NCBI GenBank assembly: GCA_028534125.1
Contig: CM052817.1
Span: forward strand, 6,016,001 to 6,080,000
Direction: 5' to 3'
Origin: Lama glama
Lineage: Eukaryota
DNA: 64,000 bases
The position numbers were made by a program, and so were the translations under genes. Positions 62,150 through 64,000 of this stretch are shown here, one piece after another; position 1 is the first letter of the stretch; the number at the start of each line of letters is the position of its first letter. Under the pieces are notes generated by a model that worked only from the letters and a program-made list of their open reading frames with translations, was not told the origin of the DNA and made no database searches.

Positions 62150-62630
62150 CATCTCTGCCTTCTAGAGGCTGCCAGCACCCAGCCTCACAGCCACACCTGG
62201 AGCCTCTCACCTCCAACACTGAGCCCCTCAGCTGCTGCTCAAGCATGAGATGCTGCAGGACTCACCTGGGCCCATGTGGAACAACTGGACACACAGGGGA
62301 GTTAGAACCCTTTGGGCTTTATCTTTGACGTTGGGAAACTTAAGCTGGCAGATATGCTCTTCCTCTCCATTACCCAAAGGTACTGTCCAGAACACAGTGG
62401 CTTGTGAGGCCACCAGGAAGATAACGTCATGAGAGAGTGAGATGGAATAATTCCTTGGGCATGACATGAAGTGCTCAGCCAGCTTGGTGTCATCACATCC
62501 TATTGGCACTCCCTCCCAGCCTGTCATATCCCCTTTTGCCCTCATTCCAGCTTCCCTAGGATCAAATTCTCCAATAAAGTAGTCAACCATCAATGCCTTA
62601 AGCTCTTTTTCCTGGGGAACCAGTTTAATA
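62150..62630 (+). mobile_element. LTR16-like ERVL LTR
   Basis: Ends cttccctaggatcaaattctccaataaagtagtc...ctctttttcctggggaaccagtttaataca. Confidence 0.55.
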
Positions 62631-62644
62631 CAGGTCCCCTCTAT

Positions 62645-62815
62645 GGTTGGTTTCAGTGTTTTCTCTGTATCACTGAAACATGTTAGAATGCAGATTCCAA
62701 AGCTCCACCCAAGACCTATAATTTAGAATCTCTGGGCTTCAGGTATAGGGCTGTCCATCATAAACAGGTTCTCCTGTGATTCTTACACACATTACAGCCT
62801 GAGAACCAGTGCTCT
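62645..62815. mobile_element. MER5A-like hAT MITE
   Basis: tgttagaatgcagattcc...ccacccaagacct...agaatctctggg...taaacagg...gtgattct...tgagaaccagtg. Confidence 0.7.
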
Positions 62816-64000
62816 AGTTTAGGGTAAACTGAGGGAAAGAGCAGGATATGTGACCAACCCTTGGCATCTTGTTTGTCTGGAACAACTGAGGAATCCCTAG
62901 CTATGACTTGCAGACCCACCTGCCATCCCTCAACCTGTGATACACTTCCTGCCACAGGTCAGTGATTATAGATGCATGGGATTACAAGAGAAATCGTAAG
63001 TAAATCCCATTCAAGAAAAGCCACTTAAATACCTGGCATCACCAAAGGCTGCCATGGAGTTTCAGGGCAGCCATCCTACTACCATTGGCCCCATGCCTGC
63101 TCTCACCTCAGTGTTACCCGTGAGGAGTTGCTGAGTTTTGCACAGTTCATTGAACATCTGCAGTCTGGGGACATGATGCTTGAACAGGTAGACTTCTTGA
63201 GAACTAAGACAATCATATGAAAGTCTGCACAGCTGACTTAATTAGGAAGGTTCCCTGCAGAATTAGCCTTGGGGTAGCCAAGAAGTTTCAGCTGATCATC
63301 TCTCTTGGTAAGCAAAAGAAGCTACTGGTGGTGTTTATAAGTACAGTGAAAACAAAATTACAGCAGTGAATAAAAATAGGAGGGAGAATATAATTACTAC
63401 CTTTTTCCCCCTAAATGATTCACTCTCTAAGTTCAAGGGCCCCTGTTGCTCCAGCACATCCTTGGTGTAGTTAGCAGCCTGGGTGGGTACAACATAAATT
63501 TACTTTTGATTTTCTTTTTTTTTGGCTACTTTTGGGCAAAGCTACCTAATGTGGTAGGTGGAGGATGGACTATAGAGTCACATAGACATGATTTCAAAAC
63601 CCAACTTGCCTTCCACTTTCTTGGGGACATTGAGCAAACTAATCCCATGTCTAAATTTTGGACGGCTCATTTGGACAACAGACAATTTGGTTCAGCTTTT
63701 GTAGGTTGTGTGAATGAAATGAGGCTAATTACAGAAGGGTCATGACGTGTTATAGGGATTTAAGAAATCGTAGTTAAGGGTCATCTTCATCATCATCATG
63801 ATCATCAAACTGGGCCAAGAAGACAGGAACAGGACATGTGTTTATGGAAGTGTTGATGGTTTTGTGTTGATTTCTGTGCTATAAATAGGGCTGAAGAGGT
63901 AAAAGCTAAAAGAGACAGATTTTTACTCAGAAGGAAAACCCTTCTCTGAGCTAAACAACAATGGAATGAATGTTAACTCAGATGCGCAAAGCAGATTGCT

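Overview
Mammalian genomic DNA, almost certainly camelid (camel/alpaca/llama), judged from a tRNA-Ala-derived Vic-1-type SINE and young L1 3' ends. Bases 1-1186 are the 3' end of the large coding exon of ZNF518B (+ strand, truncated by the window edge). A ~3.1 kb 3'UTR follows, ending near an AATAAA at 4327. The remaining ~59.6 kb is intergenic and rich in transposable elements (L1, L2, MIR, MaLR/ERVL/ERV1 LTRs, hAT and Tigger DNA transposons) and is broken by three 500-N scaffold gaps. I found no other protein-coding gene, no CRISPR array and nothing I can support as a new biological system. The best leads are modest: a PxDLS (CtBP-type) motif in ZNF518B, a strong CTCF core site, a 3'UTR hairpin, candidate non-repetitive enhancers, and several informative retrotransposition or nesting structures. 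Repeat family names come from recalled consensus sequences, not a database search, and their boundaries are approximate.
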